Assembly: GCF_009834535.1 (NCBI RefSeq)
Contig: NC_045696.1
Span: 17,486,001 to 17,550,000, forward strand
DNA: 64,000 bases
Reading direction: 5' to 3'
From: Camelus ferus
Taxonomy: Eukaryota
Program-made: the position numbers and the translations under genes
The notes under the pieces: model-generated
What the model was told of the DNA's origin: nothing
Databases searched by the model: none
What the model saw: only the letters and a program-made list of their open reading frames with translations
In this document: positions 52,273 through 64,000 of the stretch, piece after piece
Layout: each line of letters starts with the position of its first letter
Position numbering within the stretch: the stretch's first letter is position 1

Positions 52273-53576
52273 CTATTCCCTTATTGTCCTGATTCCATAG
52301 TACCAAATTCTACTAGTCTAAAAATAGTAGATCTCCCTCAAGTGGGATGGAAGGGACATGGCAAGCAAAACCAAAGCCAGTGTTCCTCAGCAGAGGGAGA
52401 GGTCTGACTCCAAGCCCCATCTATGTAATTATTTTTGTCTTATATCACGTCGTGTCTCCTTCCTAAATACCCATTCTTATTTCCACCTGAAAGTTACTTC
52501 TTCTTGTTACATTTCTTCATTTGGAATAGAAACCATTTCCATTTGGGGCATGAAACTGTCCAAATCATATTTTCCAAACCACACGGTAATCATTTTTGAA
52601 AGTAATCATTTAGAAGTTTTCTCAGGATCGAAGAGTTTTGGGGATTCATTTTCTCTAAAGTGTCTGCCTTATCCCAATTTCCAGCTGCATTTCCGTCACT
52701 CCACAGAGGTTTTATTTTTGTTCATAACATTTATTATCTGAAATTAACCTTCTGTGATGAGGAAAACAACTTTCGAGAAAAATAACTCTTTTCTGTGTTG
52801 TTGCCTAGGCTTTTTACAGCACGATAACCCTGCTCACATCCAGAGTCTGGACATTTAGATAAAGACTTGAATTGAGGATGCCTGCCATAAGTTCCCATGT
52901 TATTTTTCCTAGGGCACCCTTTAAAATAATTACTTAGACTTAGGGCTACAAAAAGTTGGTGACCTCTGCCTCAGTCGCCTTAGAAGTAATACATGCTCGC
53001 TCTCCTATTGTCTCTTGTCGGCTGGTGACCTGGGATGGAGGACTGCCCTTCCCCCGGCTCATTGCGCTCCCTTGCTTCTGGGATCTCCAAATCTCCTGCC
53101 TCTACTTCTTTCGTGTGGTTGTGCTGAAACCTCCTCTTCAATGAAAACCACTCTGTGTGCTTCACTTCCCCTAAATGGGATCTCCAACGCCTAGAGAGAT
53201 ACCTGCTGCCCCCTGCCCTGTGTAAGTGCCTGGTGTCTCCAAGTTCAGCGCATCTTAATCTGCATATTCTTAATTCAATACACTAACTCCAGCTTCCCTG
53301 CATACCTTCTTCCTTGGTTCATTTGCTTTAAGTTTAATGTTTCTTTTCAATAGAAGACTGTCTCCATTAATGACAGTTATATTACTTGTCATTCTGTATT
53401 GTGCCCCAAACTCTTAATACAGTTCCTGCTATATAGAGTTCCTACTATTTATTTACTGCTAAATAAATATTAATGGAGTCAATGAGTCAATGTCAGATTA
53501 GATATCTCCATTCTTTGCTTGGAATACAAGGGTTTTATAGTATTAATAATTACCTCATATTTGGGGTTTTGGTTTG

Positions 53577-53745
53577 CTTTTTATTGAAATACAGTCAATT
53601 TACAATGCTGTGTTAATTTCTGATATATAGCATGGTGATTCAGTTGTACATAAATATTTCTTTTAGTATTATTGTTCACTATAGGTTATTACAAGGTATT
53701 GAATATAGTTCCCTGTCCTGTACAGTAGGACTTTGTTGTTTAACC
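53577..53745 (-). mobile_element. Short L1 3'-end insertion
   Basis: tttttattgaaatacagtcaatttacaatgctgtgttaatttctg...ataggttattacaaggtattgaatatagttccctgt...acagtagga. Confidence 0.85.
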
Positions 53746-53764
53746 TATGTTGTTTACATATTTT

Positions 53765-53990
53765 ATAACTAATACTATTTGAGTACTTATAACATGTAAA
53801 CTATACTATATGCATTGACTCTTTAAGCTTACAAGAGTTCTAAAAAGTAGGCACTATTATTATAATTCCAACTTTATATATGTATAATTTGAGATTTAGA
53901 GAGTTAAGATATTTGTCCAGAATCATGCAGCAAATAGGTAATATGACTAGTATTTAAGTCCAAATCTTTCAGGATCCAAATCTATTTCAG
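53765..53990 (-). mobile_element. MIR SINE
   Basis: tttgagtactta...aagtaggcactattatt...gagatttagagagttaagatatttgtccagaatcatgcagc. Confidence 0.6.
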
Positions 53991-54052
53991 TCACTTTGAT
54001 ATAACTCCTCACTTCATTCTTTGAAGTACCAAGGTAGAAAGACTGATTTTCT

Positions 54053-54475
54053 ATATTAGTTTTCTAGAACTGCCTTAATAAATTACCACTCTCTGAGTAA
54101 CTTGAAACAATGTTCATTATATCAAAGGCTAAAAGCCCCAAAGTCTGTTAATTCCTTATGAAGTCTCTGAGGGAGAATCTCTTCCATGGCTTCTAGTGAT
54201 GTCAGAAATCTTTGGGTTTTTTGGCTTTTAGATGCATTACTTTAGGCTTTGCCTCCATCTTCACATGGTAGTCTCCCTTCATCTCTGTTTTCACATAGCT
54301 ATCTTCTTATAAAGACATAAGGTATATTGGATTATGGGCCCACCTGATTACAGTATGACATCTTTTTATCTTGATTAACCCTGCAACCCCTCTCTGTTCC
54401 AAATAAGGTCATATTCACAGGTACTGGCGGTTAAGACTTTAATTTTTTGAAGGGGGCACAATTCAACCCACAACA
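54053..54475 (-). mobile_element. MLT1B/C MaLR LTR
   Basis: tattagttttctagaactgccttaataaattaccac ... gcctccatcttcacatgg ... ttccaaataaggtcatattcacaggtactgg...gggggcacaattcaacccacaaca. Confidence 0.85.
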
Positions 54476-54595
54476 CTTTCTAAAACTATAAATTGCATCC
54501 ATAGTATCTCTATCTGTATCACTTCAAAAGACAGCAGAAGCCAACTATGTGAACGATGTCACAGCAACACTTCTAGAACATTGGTTAAGGCTGAA

Positions 54596-55056
54596 TACTG
54601 GGTGAAAAATGTTGCCTGCCATGTCAGCAAACAATGGATGTTGCAGCCATCAAGCCATCAGCCACTACAGCTGCCCCCAAGGGTGCGCCCTGAGGGGACT
54701 CAGGTTAGGAAAGAGCAGGATACTGGCCCTAGACAGCTGAGGTGCTAATCAAAGGAATGATTTCAATGAGCTGTGACTCTCACACCTCCCCCTACATAGA
54801 AAAGGGCTACTTTTTTTAACTTGAGATATCCGGTTTTCTTTAATTAACAGTAACCTTTTGATGTTCTGAGTATCTGGTTTTTGTTGAAAATCTCCTATAT
54901 GTCCTGGCTCCTCCCTTACCTCTTTGGAACAGTCCCTCAAAGATATCTGAGAGGCTGTCTCCTCTCAGGAGGCTTGAAGTCCTCAGAAAGCCCACCAAAT
55001 AAAACATAATGCTCAATTTTTAGGCTGTGCTTTTTTTTTTTTTCCTTCAGTCAACA
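54596..55056 (+). mobile_element. ERV1 solo LTR; older relative of the 56709 and 57545 LTRs
   Basis: Shares blocks (ccctgaggggactcag, aggatactggcc, ctcctatat, tctgagaggctgtc, ccaaataaaacataa, taggctgtgc...tcagtcaaca) with the two downstream LTRs. No clear TSD. Confidence 0.85.
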
Positions 55057-55179
55057 ACATTGTACTTTTCTAAATACTGACTCATTAGAATAAAGGAACC
55101 TAAAGGGTTTTCCAGGAGTGGAATTCATCTCTGTAGGAACAATAGTTATCTAGAATTGTTTATACAAAGGCTGGGTAAC

Positions 55180-55730
55180 TTTTACCAAATAAAAGTTCAT
55201 GTGCCCGACATACAATGAAACAAAACAAACCTAAACATAGGAGTTTGAAGCGGAAAAAGTTTTTTTACTACAGGGCTGAGCAAGGAAAATGGGTGGCTCA
55301 TACTCAAAAAAACCAAATTCTGATGGTTTTCAGAGAGAAGTATTAAATAGGCAAAATTTAGGGTGAAGGCTGCAAGGTGTGTGACTTTCTTCTGATTGGT
55401 TTGCAGTGAGGTAACAGATGGTCCTTGCATCTTGTGCTCAGACTGCAGTTGCCATCCTCCACCTGAATGCGGGCCTTAGTTCCTGCAGAAGAACTAAAGA
55501 TATTGTTATATATATTCCTTGAGAAGGAACCAGGGTCTTGCCTTAATAGCTGCACTGTCTTTCTTCATTGAACCTCCTTTGTTTCTGCATTCCCCCATGT
55601 CCCTGGTTAGCAACTGTTTCAATCTGTTCTTTGGAACCCTGTGAGAAGCCTTTATTTTACAAATAAGAAACAGGGGATATGGAAAAGCTTTTGTGCCCAG
55701 GAAGGCCTCACAGGGTCCTGCTCAATCTCA
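55180..55730 (-). mobile_element. ERV1 solo LTR of a different family, with 4-bp TSD
   Basis: TSD taac at 55176-55179 and 55731-55734. Internal ctgattggtt (CCAAT on the minus strand). Confidence 0.8.
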
Positions 55731-56708
55731 TAACTATTGGTAGGGCATGTTATGGAAGAGATTTATATCCTGGGGAGTTGATGATACTGGATGATCTCAA
55801 CCTTTTTACATTAGGTCTTTGCTCCATTGCTTCTTCAAGGTAATGTTTCCTAATTGTATTTTTCAGAGCCTTAGGTTTCCAAGTAAGAGCCAGAGTGGGG
55901 CTAGCCCTAGCTCCAATTTAAGCTGAGTAGCTCCATCATTACCTGTTGTATATATTAGATTTCTAGGTGACATTTCTTTTAACAAGAATGTTCCAAAGGC
56001 AAATACTTTAGAAAGCCCTGGGTCTTGTGAGAATTCCCTGGTGAACAGTAGATAACACAAGTTTTTCTGTCCATATTTTAAGTAGGATTGGTGATTGTGT
56101 ATGAACATGTACCCTTTTCTTAAACAAGTAGTAGCTCAAAGCACAGATATGGTGCTAAATGTGAGATTTTTACTGGAACACATCAATATAACCTCTGGCA
56201 CTTGTTAATTGGTCTAGTGAATTCTTGCATATCCACATTAGCAAGAAAAATCAAAAGCAGTTTGAATTTACATAGGAATGCAGTAGTCCATTTTTTCTGT
56301 CTTGCTCCAGGGCTATGTTAACCCTCCTGCTCTTTGTAAAAATATAGTCCAAAGGGAATTTTAACATTTTGAGATCCTGTAGAACATCATACTGATCAGC
56401 TCTATTGATGACATCTTGCTAACTAGACGTGGGGAGCAGTAGTTGATTTGTAATCTAAATAGCTAATAAGACACCATGTATGTACCAGAGCATAAGAGAC
56501 AATCTGTGAAGTTTCAGAGTGAGACTTCGAGGATTATGTTATTTCAGGACATTCCTTCTAAGAAAAAGAATACAATGTTCCTCTTTTATCTTCTACCATT
56601 AATGAAGAGGTATAGCATTTGGATTTTTGAGACAGTACACACCACCCTGCGTTCGGTAATACTGTTCTTATTCATTTATTATGATTTAGATGACAACTAG
56701 TTTTGAGT

Positions 56709-57186
56709 TGTGAATGAAAAATACTGCAAACCATGTCAGTAAACAAAGAATACTGAAGCCATCAAGTCATCCGTGGCTGCCGCCACCCCCCAGTAAAGAC
56801 AAGCCTGCAGCCCAGCCTCTGCAGCCACTCACAATGGTGCACCCTGAGGGGACTCAGAATAAGAAAGGACAGGATACTGGCCTTAGATAGCTAGGTGCTT
56901 GTCAAAGGAATGGATTCAATGAGCCCAAATGTTTGCTTCCTCCGTACACAGAAAAGCGCTAAATTCTTTAACTTGAGATGCCTGGTTTTTGTTAGATAAC
57001 AAGTAATCTTTTATTGTTTGAACTACTTGGTCTTTGTTGTAAAGCTCCTATATATCCTAGCTCCTCCCCTACCTCTTTGGAGCGGCCCCTCAGACTGATC
57101 TGAGAGGCTGTCATCCCGGCTCAAGTCCTCCCGCCAAATAAAACATAACTCTCAACTTTTACGCTGTGCATTTATTTCACTTGACA
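56709..57186 (+). mobile_element. Young ERV1 solo LTR (copy A)
   Basis: TG...CA termini, TSD gagt (56705-56708 / 57187-57190), TATA (ctatatat) and aataaa. Confidence 0.95.
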
Positions 57187-57544
57187 GAGTCTAGACTGGA
57201 GTGGAGCAAGTTTTTGTGTTGATTAGACCATGCAACATGTAAGATCCAGTGTGTAAGGAGGCTGCATAGAGTCTCTGACCAAGTTCTAGTAAGAGAGCCA
57301 AAGCAGAGATCATTAGGGTTTTGGAGCAAGGTTATGTATTTTACAGGGTAAATTATTCGCCATTTGAAAAGACACTCCTGGTGTGCAATTGGGTCTTAGT
57401 GGAGACTGGATACTTGGGCCTAAGACACCAAATATGTGTGGGACCAGAGATTCCCACTGAGTCATATGCTTTTGAGGAGTAGGATGCAATAGCAATTCAC
57501 TGTACTATGGATTCAAAATTGGGCCTGAGAAAATCCAAAAGGTA

Positions 57545-58019
57545 TGTCGACTGAAATAAATGCGCAGCCTACAAGCTGAGAGTTACGTTTTATTTGGCGG
57601 GAGGACTCGAGCCGGGATGACAGCCTCTCAGATGGCTCTGAGGGACCGCTCTGAAGAGGTAGGGGAGGAGCTAGGATATATAGGAGCTTTACAACAAAGA
57701 CCAGGTAGTTCGAACAATAAAAGATTACTTGTTATCTAACAAAAACCAGGTATCTCAGGTTAAAGAATTTAGTGCTTTTCTGTGTATGGAAGGAAGCAAA
57801 CATTTGGGCTCATTGAATTCATTCCTTTGACAAGCCCCTTAGCTATCTAGGGCCAGTATCCTGTCCTTTCTTATTCTGAGTCCCCTCAGGGTGCACCATT
57901 GTGAGTGGCTGCAGAGGCCGGGCTGCAGGCCTGTTCTCACTGTGGGGTGGCGGCAGCCGCTGATGACTTGGTTTCAGCATTCTTTGTTTACTGATATGGT
58001 TGCAGTATTTTCGTTCACA
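57545..58019 (-). mobile_element. Young ERV1 solo LTR (copy B), same family as copy A, inverted
   Basis: TG...CA termini and TSD ggta (57541-57544 / 58020-58023). The reverse complement aligns end-to-end with 56709-57186. Confidence 0.95.
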
Positions 58020-58084
58020 GGTATAAGTAAATTATACATTCACAGTGACCTAGACTACAACTGCATCTATGTATTTGTGTTAGA

Positions 58085-58440
58085 TCAGACAGGTAGCTAG
58101 ATGTGAGCAGAGAAAGGGGGTCCAGGGCCAAATGGCAGGAAACCATACATCCTGTGAACAACTGGGGTCCTTAAGCAGACAAAGAAAAGCAGGAATATCA
58201 GGACTGATAAGAGATCACATATTTGAGGGTGACAAGTTTCCTGGAGGCAGGAAAAGAAAGGTGGGAAAAGGCAGGAATCTCCAGTGTCGAAATGTAACCT
58301 CTTGCTTATTATGCCCTCATTATAATAAAATAAGCCTTGCAGATTAGAAATACCCATCATGCCATGTCACTTCTGATCCAAGCTAAGTAAGGATAAAAAT
58401 TCCTCCTCCCTTTGGAAAGATGGAGCTGAAATGAAAATCG
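58085..58440 (+). mobile_element. Probable ERV1 LTR fragment
   Basis: caggtagctagatgtgagcagagaaagggggtccagggccaaatggc resembles an artiodactyl ERV1 LTR U3 start. The 3' boundary is uncertain. Confidence 0.55.
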
Positions 58441-59609
58441 GAATACTACCCCAAACTCTTCCCTCCCCAGTGAATATTCAGCCCAGTAGTGTTTCTTGGG
58501 GGAAAACGTGGGATCTCCGTAGCATGAAGTGCATATTACAGATTGAAAAGTCACATTGTCCACGCCTGATTTTTGGTCTGCATTATTCATCTTTGTCCCA
58601 TTTGGAGAGCAATGCCATCCAACAGTGCATGATTTTACACCTCACTAGCAACTCTGAAGAAAATGAACATAATGTAAGCTGCAATGTGCACTGGGAAATA
58701 AATGGAATGTGACAAGGAAAATGCCAATTCTGCCTTGATTCTAGTGAGACCAAGATGAGACAGTGATGCCTGCAAATGAGGTCAAGTGAAGGGTTAGCAT
58801 GGAAGACAGCCCCCATAACTGGGAACTTCCCTGGGACTCCTTGCAGTCCATACTCTAGAAATTCACAAAAGTACTGAAGACGATGGGAAGGATATTCAAA
58901 AGTTGTAACATGTAAAGGAACTAATTTTTCTCTGTAGTCAAACAGCAATGGATCCAGAGTCATTGGTAATAAAAGATAATAGGAAAGAATTGTCCATTAT
59001 ATTTGCCAATAACTTAGAAATTTAACACACCAATTTAGCCAACCTTTAATTTTATTCCATAAAAGCCATCTTTCCCATCTAAATATTTTTTCATCCACTT
59101 ATCAATCCATTAAAAAATGTTGGAATTCTCCTGTATGCCATGTTTAGAACTAGAAGCTTATGTTTATGCTGCCAATTTAATTCTCATATTAATGATTTTC
59201 AACAAGTACAGTATTTCTATTTTACCTCAAAAAAATCTGATGTGTAAATAGCATGTGAATCATGATAAATCACAAAGGATCATAAATGGGATTTTCACCT
59301 TTCTTTTTTTAATTTAAAAATCAAGTTTCTTTTCTCTGAATGTCTGTCATACACTTAATTTGTTACAGTGACTTGAATTAAAACATTTTTAAAATTTTTA
59401 GTAATTTCTTAAAAGCCTCTGAAAATTGGAGGTATCATAATGTAATAATTATATATATCTATTTTGTAAACTGAACAAGGGAGAGTGGTCATAGTAAATT
59501 CTGTCTTCCCATTTTTGCCTTCAAGAAATATTTTATTAGATTACATATTTGTTAAGGATGTTCCTGCCAGAGTGGAGAGAGCCTTTTAACTCATGTTTAC
59601 CTCCTAGAC

Positions 59610-59778
59610 CATACTTTCTAATCAGAAATCTCCATCAGAATTATCTTGGAGTCGTTTTAAAATATACATTCCTAGGGCACTCCAGACTGAATCAGAATCT
59701 CTAGGGTTGGGCCAGGGGCTACATTTTTAAGAATCAGACCTATATATTCTGTCACATGCTCAAGTTTGAGAACCACTG
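59610..59778. mobile_element. MER5A-like hAT MITE with 8-bp TSD
   Basis: actgaatcagaatctctagggttgggcc...caagtttgagaaccactg; TSD tcctagac (59602-59609) / tcctagat (59779-59786). Confidence 0.85.
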
Positions 59779-60390
59779 TCCTAGATGCTTCTCTACACAA
59801 AGCCCATGCACAGCGGTTACTGGCAGGACAGCTGGATCTCAGAGTCTGCGGGATTCAGTTACAACTTCTGAACTTCCAGCAGTAAAGCCAGGCCCTTCCA
59901 CCAACCCCATCCCATAAGGTTGCATTGCATCCAAGCACATCTATCCTAACCGTGTTCTGTGATGACTCCTAGTTCACCCGCGTCCCTACTCTGACCCTGA
60001 GTCTTAGCCTCCGTGGACACTGGGACCTCTGGCACACTTCTTACCCTAACTTAATTAGGGCTGAGGTTTCTGCTTTCTTCTCTCAATGCCCAGTTCTGTG
60101 CTATGTTCCCGATGCCAGACCTAGAATATTCCCTGGTTGACCTCATCCCACTTCTCCACCAGAAATCGCTTACATCAGAACAAAACAAATCATCGCTTTG
60201 TCTTGATTCAGGGACTGAAATTACACATGCAAAATATTTCTTTACCTGGTTAATGATGACTTAATGTCTTGCAGGAGTCAGGACTATGGTTATCATAACG
60301 ACTCTGCTAATGGAAAGTGTGATCAGCTGAAGTCATTGATTGAGTTGAATTTTGTTTATTAGACATTTTTGAATTTTATATTTGAATTCC

Positions 60391-60953
60391 TGTATGCTAA
60401 GGCCCCATAAGATGTTTGCTTTCTTGCTCTCTGTACCTCCCCTGCCTGACCTGGCCCTGCTTCACCCTTACCTTATGCATGTGATTGCTTCCTCCTCCTA
60501 AGCTGAGTGTTTAATCAGTAACTACCTGAGTGATCAGCAGGACTTCCAGCTAACGACTGGATTTTTCCAGTCCTGGGACCAGAAGGGCTCCAGTCTGTTG
60601 GTTCATCATAGGAAACAGTGGCCTTCACAAGAGTTTCTAACCCAAAGAGATGGGAGTGGGTGTGGGGGGGGGGGGGCGTGTTCCAATAGTCCCCCTGGCA
60701 ATCAAGGAGCCCTTCTGATGTCATACCCTTGTAACTAGTAGCCTCCTCCTTCCCTGTGTAGCAAAGATTGCTGTTCTGTTTTGCCTGCCATCAGTGGTAC
60801 CTGGTGGAGGGTTTCTCCAGGACCTTTGCCTCTGACTTGTAAGTTCCTTGTATAATAAATTGCTGATGTCTCTGTCACTGACTCTGGGTTGTTTCTTCAG
60901 TTTCACAGCTGAGAAGCTGTAAAGATTGCAGGACTGTGAGGTGCAGCCTAATA
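60391..60953 (+). mobile_element. ERVL-type LTR (MER54/MER73/MER74-like)
   Basis: aataaattgctgatgtctctgtcactgactctgggttgtttcttc...ggactgtgaggtgcagcctaata is a typical end for these LTRs. Family assignment is uncertain. Confidence 0.55.
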
Positions 60954-63900
60954 ATGACATAGTGCCATGCCAAAGAAAAAAATATGCTTGGGTGCTTCTC
61001 TGAAACACATAGGATGAGTCCAGAAATATAACTTGCACTAGCTAAGCAAAATATAGTGAAACGTTCTCTTAAAACATCTATTATTTCAGGAGATTTAAAA
61101 CTACCTTAAAAATTAACCTTTTGGAACCAAAGATTTTAGTACTGTTTATTCAATTTACTGTGTTAACAGAAATATTTCTCTGCTTTTTTAAAAATATTTT
61201 TTGAATGGGAAAAATGATTGTGGGAAACAGGAATATTGAAGCTAGATGCAACCACCTAAGATATTCTTATTGTGTCAGAAATTACCTTTACTGCCCACTA
61301 GCTCTCAGGGAGTCCAGCAGTTGTAAGAGCCTTTTTTCCCTCTCCCTCTAGAAATGGGAGGTTATTTTTGCTCATCTCTTTTTGTTTCAATCTGTATTTT
61401 GCTCCCAACAGAAACAGCCAGACTAGTAAAATATGTCCTGGAGAATCATAGTTGTCAGGGCTGACTCTAGGCTCACTTCTGAAAGGTGGGAAAATAGTGT
61501 TTACCCATCAATCACCAATTTCAGTGCGGTACTTTGATCAAAGTGGAACAGGCACAAACTTCATGGTTAAAGTTGGGCTTAAATCTTGACTCAGATGTTC
61601 CAGTTCCAAACTGTCAAATTTGGAAAAGAGATTAAACTTTGGGTTCCAGTCTCATTTTTGCATGGTGATTTCTCAGTTTGACCACTCTTGCCTCCTTTTT
61701 TTTTAACCTGTCTCGTTGAAGAGGATATGGGTTCTTATGCTGTAAGAATCAACTAAGATGATCTCTCCTGCTGGCTATTTTTCTTCTATCCATAATTATA
61801 TTAGGTTAATGCTTCTCAAAATAGTGTGGTCTATCATGGACTAAAATTTATGTAAAATAGAATAAGAATGAACAAACAGAATGACAGAATGACCTCCCAC
61901 CCCCAAGTGATTAGGGTTTTGGATATCATTGCAAGGTTGAATTGTTATAAAAGTTTATTTGTGCTTAATCTCAATGTCTGTACTTAATTTTTGGATGGGT
62001 TCACAGTTTAAAAATGGGACTGGTCTGGGGAACACATGTTTACTGAGGAACATACTGGGTTAGGAGACGCTCCTTTCCTGTGTTTCATACCTGTCATTGC
62101 TTTTTCAAATGTCTCTCTTCCCTTTTTCTAAACATCTAGGGCAAGTTACCTTTTTTATCCTTGCGTCAAAGTGGTCAGCTCCAAATGTGAACATACTTGA
62201 TTGCATGGCTCTGTAAATATAAAAAGAAATATCTGATCAAAATATCTGGCTCTAAGGCTTGAAGGAGATATATTTGTGAAGTCACTGGTACCATAGGAGG
62301 GGCTCAATAAATGGTAGCTTGCTTCTCCCAAGGACCCCCCTGAATTCGCTCCCCAACTCTGCTCCCATGACCAGTTTCATGAGTTGATTCTACTTGGTAT
62401 TTCTCTGAGCTTCACAGCACTTTTGGAAATGCCATCTGTTACAACATTGCCAACTGAGGCTTCAGAGCCTGCTTAGGGGAACATTATTCCCGGGGACGCT
62501 GCATGTTTAATTTGGTCTCAGTTGAAGAAGATGCCTTATGAGACGTAATGTGGCTTTGTCACTCTGAGCTGGGTGAATATGTGAGCTGGAAGTCTTTTAA
62601 GCTTCTTTCAGAGCAAACTAATCAACTTGCCACTTAGGATCCAAAAACAAAGCTTTGCTCCCTCTCTGGATGTGTCTCTTCTTTCATTTCTTGGTTATAT
62701 CTTATAGGGCAATGTAGATATGGGACCTAATTGATCCATGCAATCTGCATGTTTACTATGCAAAGTGGAGGAATGGGTATGCAAGGTTGTAATTGCAGAG
62801 GTCCTTGTCAACTAAGAGGATTACCTGTGTCCACCATTAAGAATGAAGGAGATTAGCATATTTTACTATGTACAGTGCACTTTAATAAATGATGACTACA
62901 GACAGAAGCATTTATCAATATTATTTTTAAATTCATCCAGAGATTGCAAGTTAGGAAAATTCTTTTTTATATAAGACATTATATATGTGGAACATGTCTC
63001 TCAAATGCTACAAAATAAGTAATAGAAAACAGAGATGGTCTAGTGAAACTGCAGGTAGTTAATATGCAACCATATTGCTCTACCCAAGGCTGGGTTCATA
63101 ATTAAGGCTGAGTAGCAGGGTTTCCTGGGGGATTTTTCTGGTCAGTGGAGACTGCCAAGTTCATGGTTCCTAATCAACCACTATGTAAACATCATAAGTG
63201 CATGAGCTATTTTGAAAAATAGTCTTCATAACCTGGTTAATAGATAAGTCCAATATATGTTATACAAAGCAATTGTCAGAGGATAAAGAATGAAGTAAAT
63301 TGGAGACAGTGCATAAGTTATATTGAAAGGTAGCTTTTCAGGATTTAGAAGACTTAGAAGGATTTTGCAGTAATATTGCCGTGTCTATGCTGACAGAGCC
63401 TGCTAAGACAATGTCAGAAAAGAAAGAAGTACATGACCCTCCTTTGAGTCCAGTGGACTCAAGTTGCAAGGTTAACTGTGGGATGTATGATAGGCTTTAT
63501 AAAAAAATCAGTACAATATGTCAATACAAGACGTGTTTTGTTTCCAACAGTAAAGTAGGGAAAATGAGCCCCGTTTAATAAGGACCAACTTGGCTTCAAT
63601 TGCCTAACACCTGCCTTGAGATCAAGTATCTGGAAATGAAATCTTGCCACAGTTCTCACTATGGCCTGGCTCTGTAATGTCAGAGCTGGGAGCTGACTCT
63701 ACTTTCGATCTTTGCCTGAGAGGACCAACTCAGATTGACCGGCAGCCTTCTCTGGGGTGAACAGAGGAGTCAGAGATAAAGCTTTGTCCTGTCTCATGAG
63801 GATGTCTTGCCAAGGACATTGGTTTCATTCTGCACAAGTCATTTTTTTCAGAGGGCTTCCATGTATATAGAGCTAGTAGGAGTGTTGTGGGAGCAATACT

Positions 63901-64000
63901 TACTGGCACCGAAAGTCGAAACTCACTTCTTTAAGAACAGAAAAAAGGATTTTAAAAAGCTGTAGGAAAATACTTTCTCGATCTTTGGACTATTTCAGAT

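Larger units (their letters stand above)
56120..58055 (+). pseudogene. Decayed ERVL-type endogenous retrovirus pol (RT/RNase H), interrupted by two younger LTRs
   Basis: Hand translation: LLEHINITSGT; NQKQFEFT; VLLQGYVNPPALCKNIVQREF*...NIILISSIDDILL (SIDD at 56401-56412 corresponds to YIDD); after the first LTR, SLGFWSK (~57310) and NYSPFEKTLLVCNWVLVETGYL. Many stops and frameshifts. Confidence 0.85.

Noticed and set aside
56709..58019. The two LTRs as ends of a single provirus or a TIR DNA transposon
   Set aside because: They are in opposite orientation with separate TSDs, and the spacer is older ERVL pol collinear with the outside flanks.
63911..63923. ISRE-like gaaagtcgaaact
   Set aside because: The spacer is 3 nt rather than the canonical 2, and a single short motif is expected by chance.

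Overview
AT-rich, CpG-poor mammalian genomic DNA, most likely camelid: it carries a tRNA-Ala-derived Vic-1-type SINE and artiodactyl-type L1 and ERV1 LTR sequences. I found no intact protein-coding gene, tRNA or rRNA gene, or CRISPR array, so the window looks intronic or intergenic. Nearly all identifiable content is transposon-derived. There are several 5'-truncated L1s with clear target-site duplications (TSDs), an L1 3' half fused tail-on to an inverted L1 5'UTR/ORF1 start, old MIR/L2/MER/MLT relics, and a dense LTR cluster at 54-58.5 kb built on a decayed ERVL pol (RT/RNase H) remnant. The most notable structures are: (1) two near-identical solo ERV1 LTRs inserted independently in convergent orientation 358 bp apart, forming a ~475-bp-arm inverted repeat; (2) a 74-bp L1 micro-insertion with an apparent 20-nt 3' transduction; (3) a SINE+L1 composite inside one apparent TSD; (4) an ungapped palindrome with 54-bp arms; (5) a dispersed ~150-bp duplication; (6) a consensus CTCF motif in an MLT1 LTR. 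Repeat family names come from recalled consensus sequences, not database searches. Boundaries without TSDs are approximate. I see no evidence for a novel multi-gene system.
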